A stretch of DNA of 64,000 nucleotides from Candidatus Omnitrophota bacterium (GTDB taxonomy: Bacteria; Omnitrophota; Gorgyraeia; Zapsychrales; Fredricksoniimonadaceae), in assembly GCA_028865345.1 (NCBI GenBank), contig JAGWKL010000008.1, positions 9,291 through 73,290 on the forward strand, in the 5' to 3' direction. The notes beneath the pieces are model-generated. The model was not told the DNA's origin. It searched no databases and saw only the letters and a list, made by a program, of their open reading frames with translations. The translations under genes were made by a program, and so were the position numbers. Positions 39,547-49,913 of this stretch are shown here, piece by piece; the first letter of the stretch is position 1, and each line of letters begins with the position of its first letter.

Positions 39547-39894
39547 ATGCACGAGGGACATTTCACGGAAAATATCGTCAAGGCCATCATCGGAGAACTT
39601 AAAAAATACCCGGGCCGGGGGGTTGAGTCCGTCACCGTAAAGGTGGGCGAGACCTATCACCTGCTGCCGGATTCGGTATTGATGCATTATGATCTGTTGG
39701 CCAAAGGGACTGAATTGGAAGGGGTCAGGCTCGAGCTTTTGGAAGAGCCCATGTTGGTCGCCTGCAGCCAATGCGGCCGGCAGGGGCCTGTGGAAGACCA
39801 TCATCTTCCTTTGTGCTCTTTTTGCCATTCCCGTTTGGTCAAACCTGTGTCCGGAGAAAAAGTCACCATCGAACAGATTAAATTCAAGCCATGA
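39547..39894 (+). CDS. hypA: Hydrogenase nickel chaperone HypA
   Basis: MHE start, two CxxC motifs. Confidence 0.92.
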   Translation: MHEGHFTENIVKAIIGELKKYPGRGVESVTVKVGETYHLLPDSVLMHYDLLAKGTELEGVRLELLEEPMLVACSQCGRQGPVEDHHLPLCSFCHSRLVKPVSGEKVTIEQIKFKP

Positions 39895-42170
39895 AGAAAT
39901 CAATGTCTCTTGAAGTGCGCGGCACTGTCCAGGGAGTGGGCTTTAGGCCCTGGATCTGGCGTCTGGCCAATCAATACCATCTTAAGGGGTTTGTCCGCAA
40001 CACCTCCCAAGGGGCCTTTATAGAAATTGAAGGCGCCAAAGAGGAGGTGGAAACGTTCATCCATAAAATCCGCAGCGAACCGCCGGAGAATTGCGTCATT
40101 ACCCAATGCCTTCAAAGCGATGTTTTGCCTAAAGGTTTTAGGCAATTCCAAATCCTGGCAAGCGAGGACAATAAAGCCCGCGAAGCCCTGGTCCTTCCGG
40201 ACATCGCCAGCTGCCCTGAGTGCATCAAAGAAATTTTTGACCGTCATGACCGGCGGTTTTTATACCCCTTTACCAATTGCACGCACTGCGGTCCGCGCTA
40301 CTCCATCATCGAGGCATTGCCCTATGACCGTAAAAACACCTCCATGAAGAAATTCACCATGTGTGATGACTGCCGCAAGGAGTATGAAGACCCTTTAAAC
40401 CGGCGATTTCATGCCCAGCCGAATGCCTGTCCGGTGTGCGGCCCCAAAATCGCCCTGTGGGACCAGAAGGGGGATGCGCTCACAACTCCCTTGGAAAGCC
40501 TGCCTGCGGCCGTTGATTTGATCAAACGGGGGGCGATCCTCGCTGTCAAGGCGATCGGCGGATTTTATTTGATGGCCGATGCCGCCAACGATGATGTCCT
40601 GGCCCAATTGCGCGAAAGAAAAGCCAGGCCCCATAAGCCCCTGGCCTTAATGATGCCTGATCTTGCAATGGTGTCCAGGTATTGCCATCTGGGCTCCTTG
40701 GAAGAAAAACTCATCGCATCTCCCCAGGCGCCTATTGTCCTGTTGCGCCGAAAGCAGGATGGTTTGAAGGTCTCGGATCAAGTGGCCCCCCAAAACCCTT
40801 ATTTAGGCTGCATGCTGCCGTCGATGCCCCTGACGCATGTCCTTTTGAGGATGTTGGACAGGCCTCTGGTCGCCACCAGCGGCAATTTAAGCGAAGAACC
40901 CATCTGCACTGATAATGAAGAGGCCCTGCGCCGTCTCAAAGGCATTGCGGATTTTTTCCTGGTCCATGACCGTCCCATTGTCCGCCATGTGGATGATTCT
41001 CTGGCCCAGATTGTTTGCAATGAACCCATGTTGTTGCGCCGCTCCCGCGGTTATGCGCCCCTGCCCGTTGATATCGGTAAAAATTGCGATGGCCTTTTGG
41101 CGGTTGGCGCCCATCAAAAAAATACCGTGGCGTTGGGGATCGGTCATAGCGTCGTGATGAGCCAGCATATCGGCGATCTGGACAACAGGGTTTCCTCTGC
41201 GGTGTTCGAACAAAGCATCTTAAGTTTAAAATCCATTTATGATGCCCCGGTCAGGAAGGTGATCTGCGATTTGCATCCCGGCTATTTTTCCGGCCAATGG
41301 GCGCGTTCGCTTAAAAAAGATTTACTGGAGGTCCAGCACCATCACGCCCATGTGGCTTGCGTCATGGCCGAGAGGGGGATAAAGAATAAGGTTTTAGGCA
41401 TCTGCTGGGACGGGACAGGCTATGGCGACGATGCGACCGTCTGGGGCGGGGAATTTCTGCTTACCGACGGCCCTCAATACCAACGTTTCGCGCATTTGAA
41501 CGACTTTCCTTTGCCCGGCGGAGAACTGGCGGTCAAGGAGCCCCGGCGCTCGGCCTTGGGGCTGTTATACGGCCTTTGTAGAGGGAATTGGCAGGAATAT
41601 AAGGACCTGCCTTGTGTCAAAGCATTCAAGGCACAGGAATTATCCGTCATCCGAACGATGATCGAGAAAAAGATCAATACTCCGCAAACTTCGAGCATGG
41701 GCAGGCTTTTCGACGGCATTGCGGCATTGACCGGCTTATGTCTGCAGGCCAGTTTTGAAGGCCAGGCTGCCATGGCCCTGGAATTTCAGGTCAGCGAAGG
41801 GCCTTCAAATCCTTATTCCTATAAGCTGGTTGAAGAAAACGGCGGCCGTTGCATTGACTGGTCTGGTATAATGACAGGCGTCATCGACGATGTTCGCGCA
41901 GGGCGGGAAATATCGTTGATATCAAAGCGTTTCCATCAAACCCTGCTTGAGATCATCGTTGATGTGGCCCGTCGGTCAGGGCAGTCGGACATTGTTTTGA
42001 CCGGCGGCTGTTTTCAGAACAGATGGCTTCTTGAACATGCGGTCGAACGCCTGAAGCGGGAAAAGTTTAACCCTCATTGGCAGGCCGGGGTGCCTGTTAA
42101 CGACGGAGGGATTTCATTGGGACAAATTTTTGTAGCTGCCAGTCTGCCTGCAGACGGCCGGAGAGAATAG
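39891..42170 (+). CDS. hypF: Carbamoyltransferase HypF
   Basis: GTVQGVGFRP, PFTNCTHCGPR, RFHAQPNACP, SQHIGDL, QHHHAH, NDGGISLGQ. Confidence 0.97.
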   Translation: MKKSMSLEVRGTVQGVGFRPWIWRLANQYHLKGFVRNTSQGAFIEIEGAKEEVETFIHKIRSEPPENCVITQCLQSDVLPKGFRQFQILASEDNKAREALVLPDIASCPECIKEIFDRHDRRFLYPFTNCTHCGPRYSIIEALPYDRKNTSMKKFTMCDDCRKEYEDPLNRRFHAQPNACPVCGPKIALWDQKGDALTTPLESLPAAVDLIKRGAILAVKAIGGFYLMADAANDDVLAQLRERKARPHKPLALMMPDLAMVSRYCHLGSLEEKLIASPQAPIVLLRRKQDGLKVSDQVAPQNPYLGCMLPSMPLTHVLLRMLDRPLVATSGNLSEEPICTDNEEALRRLKGIADFFLVHDRPIVRHVDDSLAQIVCNEPMLLRRSRGYAPLPVDIGKNCDGLLAVGAHQKNTVALGIGHSVVMSQHIGDLDNRVSSAVFEQSILSLKSIYDAPVRKVICDLHPGYFSGQWARSLKKDLLEVQHHHAHVACVMAERGIKNKVLGICWDGTGYGDDATVWGGEFLLTDGPQYQRFAHLNDFPLPGGELAVKEPRRSALGLLYGLCRGNWQEYKDLPCVKAFKAQELSVIRTMIEKKINTPQTSSMGRLFDGIAALTGLCLQASFEGQAAMALEFQVSEGPSNPYSYKLVEENGGRCIDWSGIMTGVIDDVRAGREISLISKRFHQTLLEIIVDVARRSGQSDIVLTGGCFQNRWLLEHAVERLKREKFNPHWQAGVPVNDGGISLGQIFVAASLPADGRRE

Positions 42171-42173
42171 AAC

Positions 42174-42428
42174 ATGTGTCTGGCTATACCGGGAAAAATT
42201 GAAAGCATCCAGGATGCCGGTGGAAGTGCCCTGAATAAAAAAGGCAAGGTAAACTTCGGCGGCATCCTGAAAGAGGTTTCGCTGGCTTACGTCCCCGAGG
42301 CCAAGATAGGGGACTATGTGATCGTGCATGTGGGTTTTGCGTTAAGTGTAGTTGACCAGCAGGAAGCCTTGAAAGTCTTTGAATATTTAAACAAGATGGA
42401 AGATTTGCAAGAGGAGCTGCGCAATTAA
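42174..42428 (+). CDS. hypC: HypC
   Basis: MCLAIPG, GDYVIVHVGFA. Confidence 0.97.
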   Translation: MCLAIPGKIESIQDAGGSALNKKGKVNFGGILKEVSLAYVPEAKIGDYVIVHVGFALSVVDQQEALKVFEYLNKMEDLQEELRN

Positions 42429-43529
42429 ATGAAATACTTGGATGAATACCGGGACCCGAAACTGGCAGAGCAACTGTCCCGTCAAATACACAAAATAACC
42501 ACCAGGCCGTGGGTGATCATGGAGGTCTGCGGCGGACAGACCCATGCCATCGTCAAATTCGGCATTGAAACTTTTCTTCCCAAGAAAATTGAACTGGTGC
42601 ACGGGCCGGGCTGTCCGGTGTGCGTAACGCCCCTTGAAATGATCGACCGCGCCCTGGCCGTTGCCGCCCAAAAGAACGTCATCTTTTGTTCCTTCGGCGA
42701 CATGCTGCGCGTGCCTGGTTCCAAAACAGATTTGCTTTCCGTCAAGGCCCGGGGATCGGATGTGCGCATTGTTTATTCTCCTTTGGATGCGGTCAAGATC
42801 GCCGTGGAAAACCCTGATAAAGAGATCGTTTTTTTCGCCGTCGGTTTTGAAACAACGGCGCCGGCCAATGCCATGGCCGTTTACCAGGCCAAACAGCAGG
42901 GGATCAGGAACTTTTCTTTGCTGGTCTCCCATGTCCTGGTCCCGCCGGCCATGGAAGCGATCCTCTCATCCAAGACCAACCGTGTGCAGGGATTTTTGGC
43001 TGCCGGCCATGTGTGCACCGTCATGGGTTACACCGAATATCCGCCGATCGCCGCTAAATACAAAGCGCCGATCGTTGTTACGGGTTTTGAACCTCTGGAC
43101 ATCCTGCAGGGAATTGCCATGTGTGTGCAGCAGCTGGAAGAAGGCCGCCACGAAGTTGAAAACCAGTATGCCCGCTGCGTCAACCAGGAAGGCAACCGCC
43201 ATGCCCAGGAGTTAATTTCAAAGATTTTCTGCGTGATACCGCGCAAATGGCGCGGCATAGGAGAGATCCCTCACAGCGGTCTGGGCCTGAGCCCTGAATT
43301 CAAAGATTACGATGCCGAGATCAAATTCAAAGTCGGGGACCTTAACACCCAGGAAAGCCCGCACTGCATCAGCGGATTGGTATTGCAGGGTGTAAAAAAA
43401 CCCTATGAATGCCCTGCCTTCGGGCTCAAATGCACGCCGGAGCATCCTTTGGGGGCCACCATGGTTTCTTCCGAAGGGGCTTGTGCCGCCTATTACCGCT
43501 ATAAGAGAGAATCGCTATGCATGCGCTGA
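42429..43529 (+). CDS. hypD: HypD
   Basis: [35 protein letters not shown]. Confidence 0.97.
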   Translation: MKYLDEYRDPKLAEQLSRQIHKITTRPWVIMEVCGGQTHAIVKFGIETFLPKKIELVHGPGCPVCVTPLEMIDRALAVAAQKNVIFCSFGDMLRVPGSKTDLLSVKARGSDVRIVYSPLDAVKIAVENPDKEIVFFAVGFETTAPANAMAVYQAKQQGIRNFSLLVSHVLVPPAMEAILSSKTNRVQGFLAAGHVCTVMGYTEYPPIAAKYKAPIVVTGFEPLDILQGIAMCVQQLEEGRHEVENQYARCVNQEGNRHAQELISKIFCVIPRKWRGIGEIPHSGLGLSPEFKDYDAEIKFKVGDLNTQESPHCISGLVLQGVKKPYECPAFGLKCTPEHPLGATMVSSEGACAAYYRYKRESLCMR

Positions 43530-44557
43530 GCTGTCCTTTTCCCATCCGGCAATATCCCCAGGTGCTTTTAGCGCATGGAGGCGGCGGAAAATTGATGCAG
43601 GACTTGATCAATAAGATGTTCACCCATGCTTTCGGCCCCAGGCCGGAATCCGGCCTGCACGATTCAACCGTCCTGGATCTGCCTGTCCATAAAATAGCCT
43701 TTACGACGGATTCCTTTGTCGTCAAACCTTTATTTTTTCCCGGAGGCGACATCGGTACCCTGGCCGTCAACGGCACCGTCAACGATTTAAGCATGTCCGG
43801 CGCCAGGCCTTTGTATTTAAGCCTTAGCTTCATCATCGAAGAGGGCTTGAGCATGGAAAGCCTTTGGATGGTTGTCAGGTCCGTTAAAAAAGCGGCCGAT
43901 GAGGCCGGAGTTAAGATCGTCACCGGCGACACCAAGGTGGTTGACCGCGGCAAGGGGGACGGTCTTTTCATCAACACATCCGGGATAGGGATCATTGAAC
44001 ACGGCCTTTCGATCGTGCCGGCCAATATAAGAGAAGATGATGCCGTCCTGATCAATGGGGACATCGGCCGCCACGGCATTGCCATCATGGCCAAACGCGA
44101 AGGCCTTGATTTTGAGACCACCATTGAAAGCGATTGCTGCGCGTTAAACGGCGTTGTCGAGAGCCTCATCAAGGCGGGCATCAAGGTCCACTGCATGCGC
44201 GACCTGACACGCGGCGGGGTGGCCAGCGCGCTTAATGAAATAGCCAAGGACGCCTACAAGGCCGTTGAAATCGATGAAGCGTCCGTACCCGTCGATGAAC
44301 AAGTGGCTTCGGCCTGCGCCATCATGGGATTTGACCCGTTATACGTCGCCAATGAAGGCCGTTTTATTGCCTTTGTCCCTGAAAGCCAGTCCTCTAATGC
44401 CCTGGAAATCTTGCAAGCCCATCCGTTAGGCCGCGGCGCCTGCCGCATAGGCCGGGTGCTGCCGGAAAACGGCGGCCTGGTCACACTCAAAAGCGTCATC
44501 GGCGCCAGGCGCATCCTGGACATGATCAGCGGCGAACAGCTCCCCAGGATTTGTTGA
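43517..44557 (+). CDS. hypE: HypE
   Basis: [34 protein letters not shown]-terminal PRIC. Confidence 0.97.
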   Translation: MHALSCPFPIRQYPQVLLAHGGGGKLMQDLINKMFTHAFGPRPESGLHDSTVLDLPVHKIAFTTDSFVVKPLFFPGGDIGTLAVNGTVNDLSMSGARPLYLSLSFIIEEGLSMESLWMVVRSVKKAADEAGVKIVTGDTKVVDRGKGDGLFINTSGIGIIEHGLSIVPANIREDDAVLINGDIGRHGIAIMAKREGLDFETTIESDCCALNGVVESLIKAGIKVHCMRDLTRGGVASALNEIAKDAYKAVEIDEASVPVDEQVASACAIMGFDPLYVANEGRFIAFVPESQSSNALEILQAHPLGRGACRIGRVLPENGGLVTLKSVIGARRILDMISGEQLPRIC

Positions 44558-44608
44558 TTCCTTTTGCATTTATTAAAAGTATCTGCCAGTGGTTTATGCC
44601 CTATTATA

Positions 44609-44637
44609 TTGACAATAGGCACACAAGAAGTTATACT
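44609..44637 (+). promoter_or_regulatory. sigma70 promoter of BrnTA-like pair
   Basis: TTGACA-17 nt-TATACT flanked by short inverted repeats. Confidence 0.7.
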
Positions 44638-44651
44638 TGGCATGGTGTGTT

Positions 44652-44930
44652 ATGAAGCCTTATGATTGGGACGATAAGAAAAGCCGGATTTTAGAAAAAG
44701 AGAGAGGTGTTTGTTTTGAAGATATTGTTATCAAAATAGAGGAAGGGTGTTTATTAGACAATATTGAGCATCCTAATAAGGTAAAATACGCGCACCAAAG
44801 AATGCTTATTGTTAATGTTAATAATTACGCCTACGCAGTCCCTTTTTTTGAGGATGAGAAATTCATCCATTTAATAACGATATTTCCAAGCAGGGAACTG
44901 ACCAAGGTTTATTTAGGGGGCGAACAATGA
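44652..44930 (+). CDS. BrnT-family toxin
   Basis: YDWDDKKS...ERGVCFEDIV...HPN...ITIFPSR; AT-rich; toxin-first pair. Confidence 0.8.
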   Translation: MKPYDWDDKKSRILEKERGVCFEDIVIKIEEGCLLDNIEHPNKVKYAHQRMLIVNVNNYAYAVPFFEDEKFIHLITIFPSRELTKVYLGGEQ

Positions 44931-45199
44931 AAAAACAAATGACTAAAAAAGAGGAAAAAGAGCTTATCGCTTCTGTAGAACGCGGAGAATGGAAGCCTGT
45001 TAAAAACAGAGAAAAAGAGATGCTTCGTCTTAGGGAAGCTGCACGGGAGACTTTGAGGAAGGATGCTCGTATTAATATCAGATTGACCAAACGCGATTTT
45101 TTTAACCTTAAATCAAAAGCTGTAAGGGAAGGGATGCCTTATCAGACGCTTGTTTCGAGTGTTATCCATAAATATTTAACAGGTCAACTGGCTTCTTAA
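44927..45199 (+). CDS. Antitoxin (CopG/BrnA-like)
   Basis: RINIRL...KAVREGMPYQTLVSSVIHKY. Confidence 0.82.
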   Translation: MKKQMTKKEEKELIASVERGEWKPVKNREKEMLRLREAARETLRKDARINIRLTKRDFFNLKSKAVREGMPYQTLVSSVIHKYLTGQLAS

Positions 45200-45220
45200 A
45201 TAACAACGTCTGTTTGATGT

Positions 45221-45274
45221 AAAAAGGGAACTCTTTTCCTGCCGGAAGGCAGGCGCAAAGAGTTCCCTTTTTTT
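45221..45274. terminator. Long hairpin terminator with an inner CCTGCC-GGAA-GGCAGG palindrome
   Basis: AAAAAGGGAACTCTTT / AAAGAGTTCCCTTTTT 16-bp arms. Confidence 0.8.
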
Positions 45275-45310
45275 ATAGCTTTTATTTTACGCTTATGTAA
45301 AATAAAAACC

Positions 45311-45859
45311 ATGCTGGACATAGAAAACACGGCCCTTGCCGTCATCGATGTGCAGGGCAAGCTTTCGGGCCTCATTCACGATCACGAAAAGGTCCAGACA
45401 CATATCCAATATTTTATCGAAGCGGCCAAATCCTTTTCTTTGCCTGTCCTCTGGAGCGAACAGGCGCCGGATAAAATAGGCGCTACCATCAAACCCATCA
45501 AAGATCTCCTGGACCCCGTAGCCCGCCCCATCCCTAAGCGCAGTTTCAGTTGCTATGGAGCTTTGGCCTACGTCGAGCGTCTGCAGGAGATCAGCAGGCG
45601 CCAGATTTTGATCACAGGCATTGAAACGCATGTTTGCGTCTATCAAACCGCCCATGACCTGCATCGCCATGGTTATGAGGTGCATCTGGTGGCTGACGCC
45701 ACATCAAGCCGCAAGGTCTTTGACAGGGACATGGCCCTTGCCCGCATGCGCGATGAAGGGATCATCATCACCACGACGGAAATGGCCATGTGTGAATTGA
45801 TCAGAACCGCTGATCACCCACGGTTTAAAGAGGTTGTCAGCCATCTTAAAAGACGCTAA
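45311..45859 (+). CDS. Isochorismatase-family cysteine hydrolase
   Basis: VIDVQ, KRSFSC, GIETHVCVYQT, VADATSSR. Confidence 0.9.
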   Translation: MLDIENTALAVIDVQGKLSGLIHDHEKVQTHIQYFIEAAKSFSLPVLWSEQAPDKIGATIKPIKDLLDPVARPIPKRSFSCYGALAYVERLQEISRRQILITGIETHVCVYQTAHDLHRHGYEVHLVADATSSRKVFDRDMALARMRDEGIIITTTEMAMCELIRTADHPRFKEVVSHLKRR

Positions 45860-45864
45860 GACCT

Positions 45865-47811
45865 ATGGACCAGTTTAAACCTGAAGTCGATGATCTTTAC
45901 CACGAAACCAGGGTCATCCATCCTTCCGCGTTGTTTCAAAATCTTGCCAACATCAAAGATGCCTCGCTTTACGCCAAAGCCAAGGCCGACCGCACGGCTT
46001 TTTGGGAAGAATGCGCCCGAAAACTCGATTGGTTTTCCCCCTGGAAGCAGGGCCTGGTTTGGGAAAAACCTTTTGCCAAGTGGTTTGTCGGCGGCAAACT
46101 CAATGCTTCCTATAATTGCCTGGACCGCCACATCAAGGCGAATTTAGGCAATAAGACCGCTTTCATCTGGGAAGGGGAGAACGGCGAGGAAAAAACCCTG
46201 ACCTACGCGCAATGTTACCTGGAAGTCAATAAACTGGCCAATGCCATTAAAAGTCTGGGGATCGCCAGGGGCGATCGGGTGGCGATCTATATGCCCATGA
46301 TTCCCGAGGCGGTCTTGTCGATGCTGGCCTGCAGCCGCATAGGGGCGGTCCATACGGTCATTTTCGGCGGTTTCTCTGCCTTGGCCCTGCAGGAACGCAT
46401 CAATGATGCCCAGGCCAAACTGCTCATCACCGCCGATGGAGGTTACCGCCGCGGCAAGCTGGTGCCCCTTAAAACGATCGCCGACACGGCCCTGGCCCAG
46501 ACTCCCAGCATCCACGATGTGATCGTTGTCCGGCGCGCCGACGGAAATGTCCCCATGAAACAAGGGCGGGACCATTGGTACCATGATGTGATGCGTCATG
46601 CCAAAACCTACTGCGAGCCCGAGGAAATGGACAGCGAAGACATCCTGTACATCCTTTATACGTCGGGGACGACCGGAAAGCCCAAAGGCATTGTCCATTC
46701 CACCGGAGGATATTTGACCGGGGTGGCCATCACCACGCATTGGGTCTTTGATTTGAAACCCAATGATGTTTTCTGGTGCACCGCGGACATAGGCTGGGTC
46801 ACCGGCCACAGTTACATCGTCTACGGCCCCATGGCCAATGCCGCCACCCAGGTCCTTTATGAAGGCGCGCCCGACTTTCCCCAACGCGACCGCTTCTGGC
46901 GCATCATCGAAAAACATAAGGTCAGTGTTTTTTATACGGCCCCGACGGCCATCCGTGCTTTTATGAAATGGGGGCCGCAGTGGCCCAAGAAATGCCATTT
47001 AGGCTCGTTGCGCCTTTTAGGGAGTGTGGGGGAGCCCATCAACCCCGAAGCCTGGATCTGGTATCATGAACATATCGGCAATTACCGCTGCCCCATTGTC
47101 GACACCTGGTGGCAGACGGAAACAGGCGCCATTATGATCACCACTCTGCCCGGCGTAACGCCGATGAAACCCGGATCGGCAGGCAAACCTTTACCCGGCA
47201 TTGATGCCGAGATCCTTAATGAAGAGGGGCAGACCATTGCCCAAGGCGGGGGCTTTTTGGGCCTCACCAGTCCCTGGCCGTCGATGCTGCGCGGCATCTG
47301 GGGGGACCAGCAACGCTACAAAGACACTTATTGGCAGCGATGGTCCGGAAAGTATTATTTTGCCGGCGACGGTACCAAACGAGACAAGGACGGGTATTTC
47401 TGGTTTTTGGGCAGGGTGGATGACATTATGCTGGTTGCCGGCCATAATATTTCCACGGCCGAAGTGGAAAGCGCCCTGGTCGATAACCAGATGGTGGCTG
47501 AAGCCGCGGTCGTCGGGGTCAAGGATGAGATCAAAGGACAGGCCATTGCGGCTTTTGTCATCCTCAAGGAAGGCCATCCCCTGGATGACCAAACCCAGGA
47601 GATCCTCAAAGACCATGTCGCCCAAAAAATAGGCGCGATCGCACGGCCTTCCAGGATTATTTTTACCAGCGACGTGCCCAAAACCCGCTCCGGCAAGATC
47701 ATGCGCCGCCTTTTGCGCGACATTGCCGAAGGCAGGGTGCTGGGCGACGTCACCACCCTTGCCGACCCCAACGTTATTGCCGCTTTAAAAGAAAAATACC
47801 AGGAAGCTTAG
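45865..47811 (+). CDS. acs: Acetyl-CoA synthetase (AMP-forming)
   Basis: YTSGTTGKPKG, CTADIGWVTGHSY, DTWWQTETG, PKTRSGKIMRR. Confidence 0.97.
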   Translation: MDQFKPEVDDLYHETRVIHPSALFQNLANIKDASLYAKAKADRTAFWEECARKLDWFSPWKQGLVWEKPFAKWFVGGKLNASYNCLDRHIKANLGNKTAFIWEGENGEEKTLTYAQCYLEVNKLANAIKSLGIARGDRVAIYMPMIPEAVLSMLACSRIGAVHTVIFGGFSALALQERINDAQAKLLITADGGYRRGKLVPLKTIADTALAQTPSIHDVIVVRRADGNVPMKQGRDHWYHDVMRHAKTYCEPEEMDSEDILYILYTSGTTGKPKGIVHSTGGYLTGVAITTHWVFDLKPNDVFWCTADIGWVTGHSYIVYGPMANAATQVLYEGAPDFPQRDRFWRIIEKHKVSVFYTAPTAIRAFMKWGPQWPKKCHLGSLRLLGSVGEPINPEAWIWYHEHIGNYRCPIVDTWWQTETGAIMITTLPGVTPMKPGSAGKPLPGIDAEILNEEGQTIAQGGGFLGLTSPWPSMLRGIWGDQQRYKDTYWQRWSGKYYFAGDGTKRDKDGYFWFLGRVDDIMLVAGHNISTAEVESALVDNQMVAEAAVVGVKDEIKGQAIAAFVILKEGHPLDDQTQEILKDHVAQKIGAIARPSRIIFTSDVPKTRSGKIMRRLLRDIAEGRVLGDVTTLADPNVIAALKEKYQEA

Positions 47812-47818
47812 CAAAGAT

Positions 47819-48571
47819 ATGTCCCGTGATGCCGTTGACCGGTGCTGCGAACTGCTCTTGCAATCCAAAAGAACTGTTTGTCTGACCGGTGCGGGTATTT
47901 CCACCGGCGCCGGTATCCCGGATTTCCGCGGGCCGCAGGGGCTTTACGTCAGCCGGCTGTATGACCCTGAAAAAGTTTTTGATATAGACTATTTTCTAAA
48001 AGACCCCAAACCTTTTTACGAGTTTGCCCGTGATTTTATCGGCCTGGAATCCTCCATTCAACCGACAACGGCCCATTTTGCCCTTTCCGCGCTTGAAAGC
48101 TCCGGCAGGCTCCAGGCGGTGATCACCCAGAATATCGATGGGTTGCATCAAAAAGCCGGTTCTAAGAAAGTGCTGGAAATGCACGGCTCCTTTCTAAGAA
48201 GCCATTGCCTCAAGTGCCATAAGACCTATGATTACGCGGACCTTAAAACCATGGTCCTCAAGCAGGGCATTGCCCATTGCTCCTGCCGGGGGATCCTCAA
48301 GCCGGACATTGTTTTTTTCGGAGAGGACGTTAAATATTATCACGAATCTGTCCGGCTGGCCCAAGAGGCCGACCTGTTTTTTGTCATCGGCACTTCCCTG
48401 ACCGTCTATCCTGCGGCTTCTTTGCCGCAATTTGCTCCTGGCAAAATAGTTATAATCAATGATTCCAAATTACCCCTAAATATGTATAATAATGCCTTAG
48501 TGGTTGAAAATGATATCGATGCTTTTTTTAATGACTTGATGGGAGAATTCAAACAAAAATCGAATTTATGA
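47819..48571 (+). CDS. cobB: Sir2-family NAD-dependent deacylase
   Basis: TGAGISTGAGIPDFRG, TQNIDGLH, EMHG, KPDIVFFGE, GTSLTVYPAA. Confidence 0.93.
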   Translation: MSRDAVDRCCELLLQSKRTVCLTGAGISTGAGIPDFRGPQGLYVSRLYDPEKVFDIDYFLKDPKPFYEFARDFIGLESSIQPTTAHFALSALESSGRLQAVITQNIDGLHQKAGSKKVLEMHGSFLRSHCLKCHKTYDYADLKTMVLKQGIAHCSCRGILKPDIVFFGEDVKYYHESVRLAQEADLFFVIGTSLTVYPAASLPQFAPGKIVIINDSKLPLNMYNNALVVENDIDAFFNDLMGEFKQKSNL

Positions 48572-49074
48572 AAATTTTGATATCCTTTTTGATCGGATTT
48601 TTAATGTCCTCATCGCTGGTCAGGGCGGATACCGGCGGATTCCAACTAAGCTCTGAAGCCTTTAAAGACAATGCCGCTATCCCCAAAGAATACACGTGTG
48701 ACGGCCGTAACGTCAACCCGCCCTTGACCTTTCACAATGTCCCGCCAGGCACCCAAAGTCTGGCGCTGGCGGTTGCCGACCCCGATGCGCCTAACGGTTT
48801 GTGGGTCCATTGGGTCATTTATAACATCCGGCCGGGTATCGGCTCCATCGCCGTGAACACCAGCCCCGGCCTTCAGGGCTTGAATGATTTTGGGAAGCAG
48901 GCTTACGGAGGCCCTTGCCCGCCGCCGGGCAATCTGCACCATTATGTTTTTCGCGCTTATGCCCTTGATACTTTCTTAAATGTTCATGGACAACAAACGC
49001 TCAGGAGTATTGATAAGGCTTGCGGCGGCCATATCCTTGGGAAAACCATGTTGGTGGGGACCTATCAAAGATGA
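48568..49074 (+). CDS. YbhB/YbcL (PEBP/RKIP-like) family exported protein
   Basis: DPDAP, HWVIYNI, YGGPCPP, HHYVFRAYALD. Confidence 0.92.
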   Translation: MKILISFLIGFLMSSSLVRADTGGFQLSSEAFKDNAAIPKEYTCDGRNVNPPLTFHNVPPGTQSLALAVADPDAPNGLWVHWVIYNIRPGIGSIAVNTSPGLQGLNDFGKQAYGGPCPPPGNLHHYVFRAYALDTFLNVHGQQTLRSIDKACGGHILGKTMLVGTYQR

Positions 49075-49913
49075 ATGACATGAATCAAGTACAGACCCGG
49101 GCGCATGCGACAGATTTTGCTTCAACCAACCGTACGGACCTTTGGTGGATCGAACCGTTGGTTACAGGGTTGGGCTTTTTTTGTTTCGTAATTTATACAA
49201 CCTGGGCGATGTTTCAGGCCTGCCATTATTACGCCGCGCCGTATTTGTCGCCTCTTTATTCGCCGACACTGATGGTTGATCCCGCTGCCCCGGGCTCGGC
49301 CCCGGTTGCGCACGCCTGGTTCGGTCTTTGGCCCGGCTGGTGGCCTAAATTTCTTCCCGCCTCACCGGCGATGCTTGTGCTCATAGGCCCGCTTTCATTC
49401 CGCTTGACCTGTTATTATTACCGCAAATTCTATTACAGGTCCTATTTTGTCTCGCCTCCGGCATGCGCGGTCACTGCTTTCCCGCGGAAAGATTATAAAG
49501 GTGAAACGGGCCTTTTGCTTTTTCAAAATATCCACCGTTATACCTTATACCTTGCCATCTGTTACATTTTTATTCTGGCTTTCGATGCTTTCAGGGCTTT
49601 TTTCCTGCACGGGCAATTCGGCGTCGGTGTCGGAACAATTGTTTTGACCGTCAATGTCATTTTATTGTCCCATTACACCTTTAGCTGCCATGCGTTTAGG
49701 CATTTGATGGGCGGGCGGATGGATTGTTTTTCATGCGCCGGCGGCAAAGAGCATTTGGGGCATAGTTTGTGGCAAAAGATCACCGGCGTCAACGAACACC
49801 ACATGTTTTGGGCATGGGTCAGTTTGATCTGGGTCGCCTTTACGGACCTTTATGTCCGGATGGTGTCGATGGGGATTTGGCACGATTTTAACACCTGGGG
49901 GCACGTGCACTAA
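49071..49913 (+). CDS. Succinate dehydrogenase membrane anchor, mycobacterial Sdh1 (Rv0249c-like) type
   Basis: RTDLWW, YLSPLYSP, FRLTCYYYRK, FQNIHRY, SCHAFRHLMGG, HMFWAW; upstream of sdhAB. Confidence 0.82.
   Translation: MNDMNQVQTRAHATDFASTNRTDLWWIEPLVTGLGFFCFVIYTTWAMFQACHYYAAPYLSPLYSPTLMVDPAAPGSAPVAHAWFGLWPGWWPKFLPASPAMLVLIGPLSFRLTCYYYRKFYYRSYFVSPPACAVTAFPRKDYKGETGLLLFQNIHRYTLYLAICYIFILAFDAFRAFFLHGQFGVGVGTIVLTVNVILLSHYTFSCHAFRHLMGGRMDCFSCAGGKEHLGHSLWQKITGVNEHHMFWAWVSLIWVAFTDLYVRMVSMGIWHDFNTWGHVH

Noticed and set aside
42142-42162. TCTGCCTGCAGACGGCCGG at the hypF 3' end as a third CCTGCC palindrome
   Set aside because: Too degenerate; the arms do not pair well.
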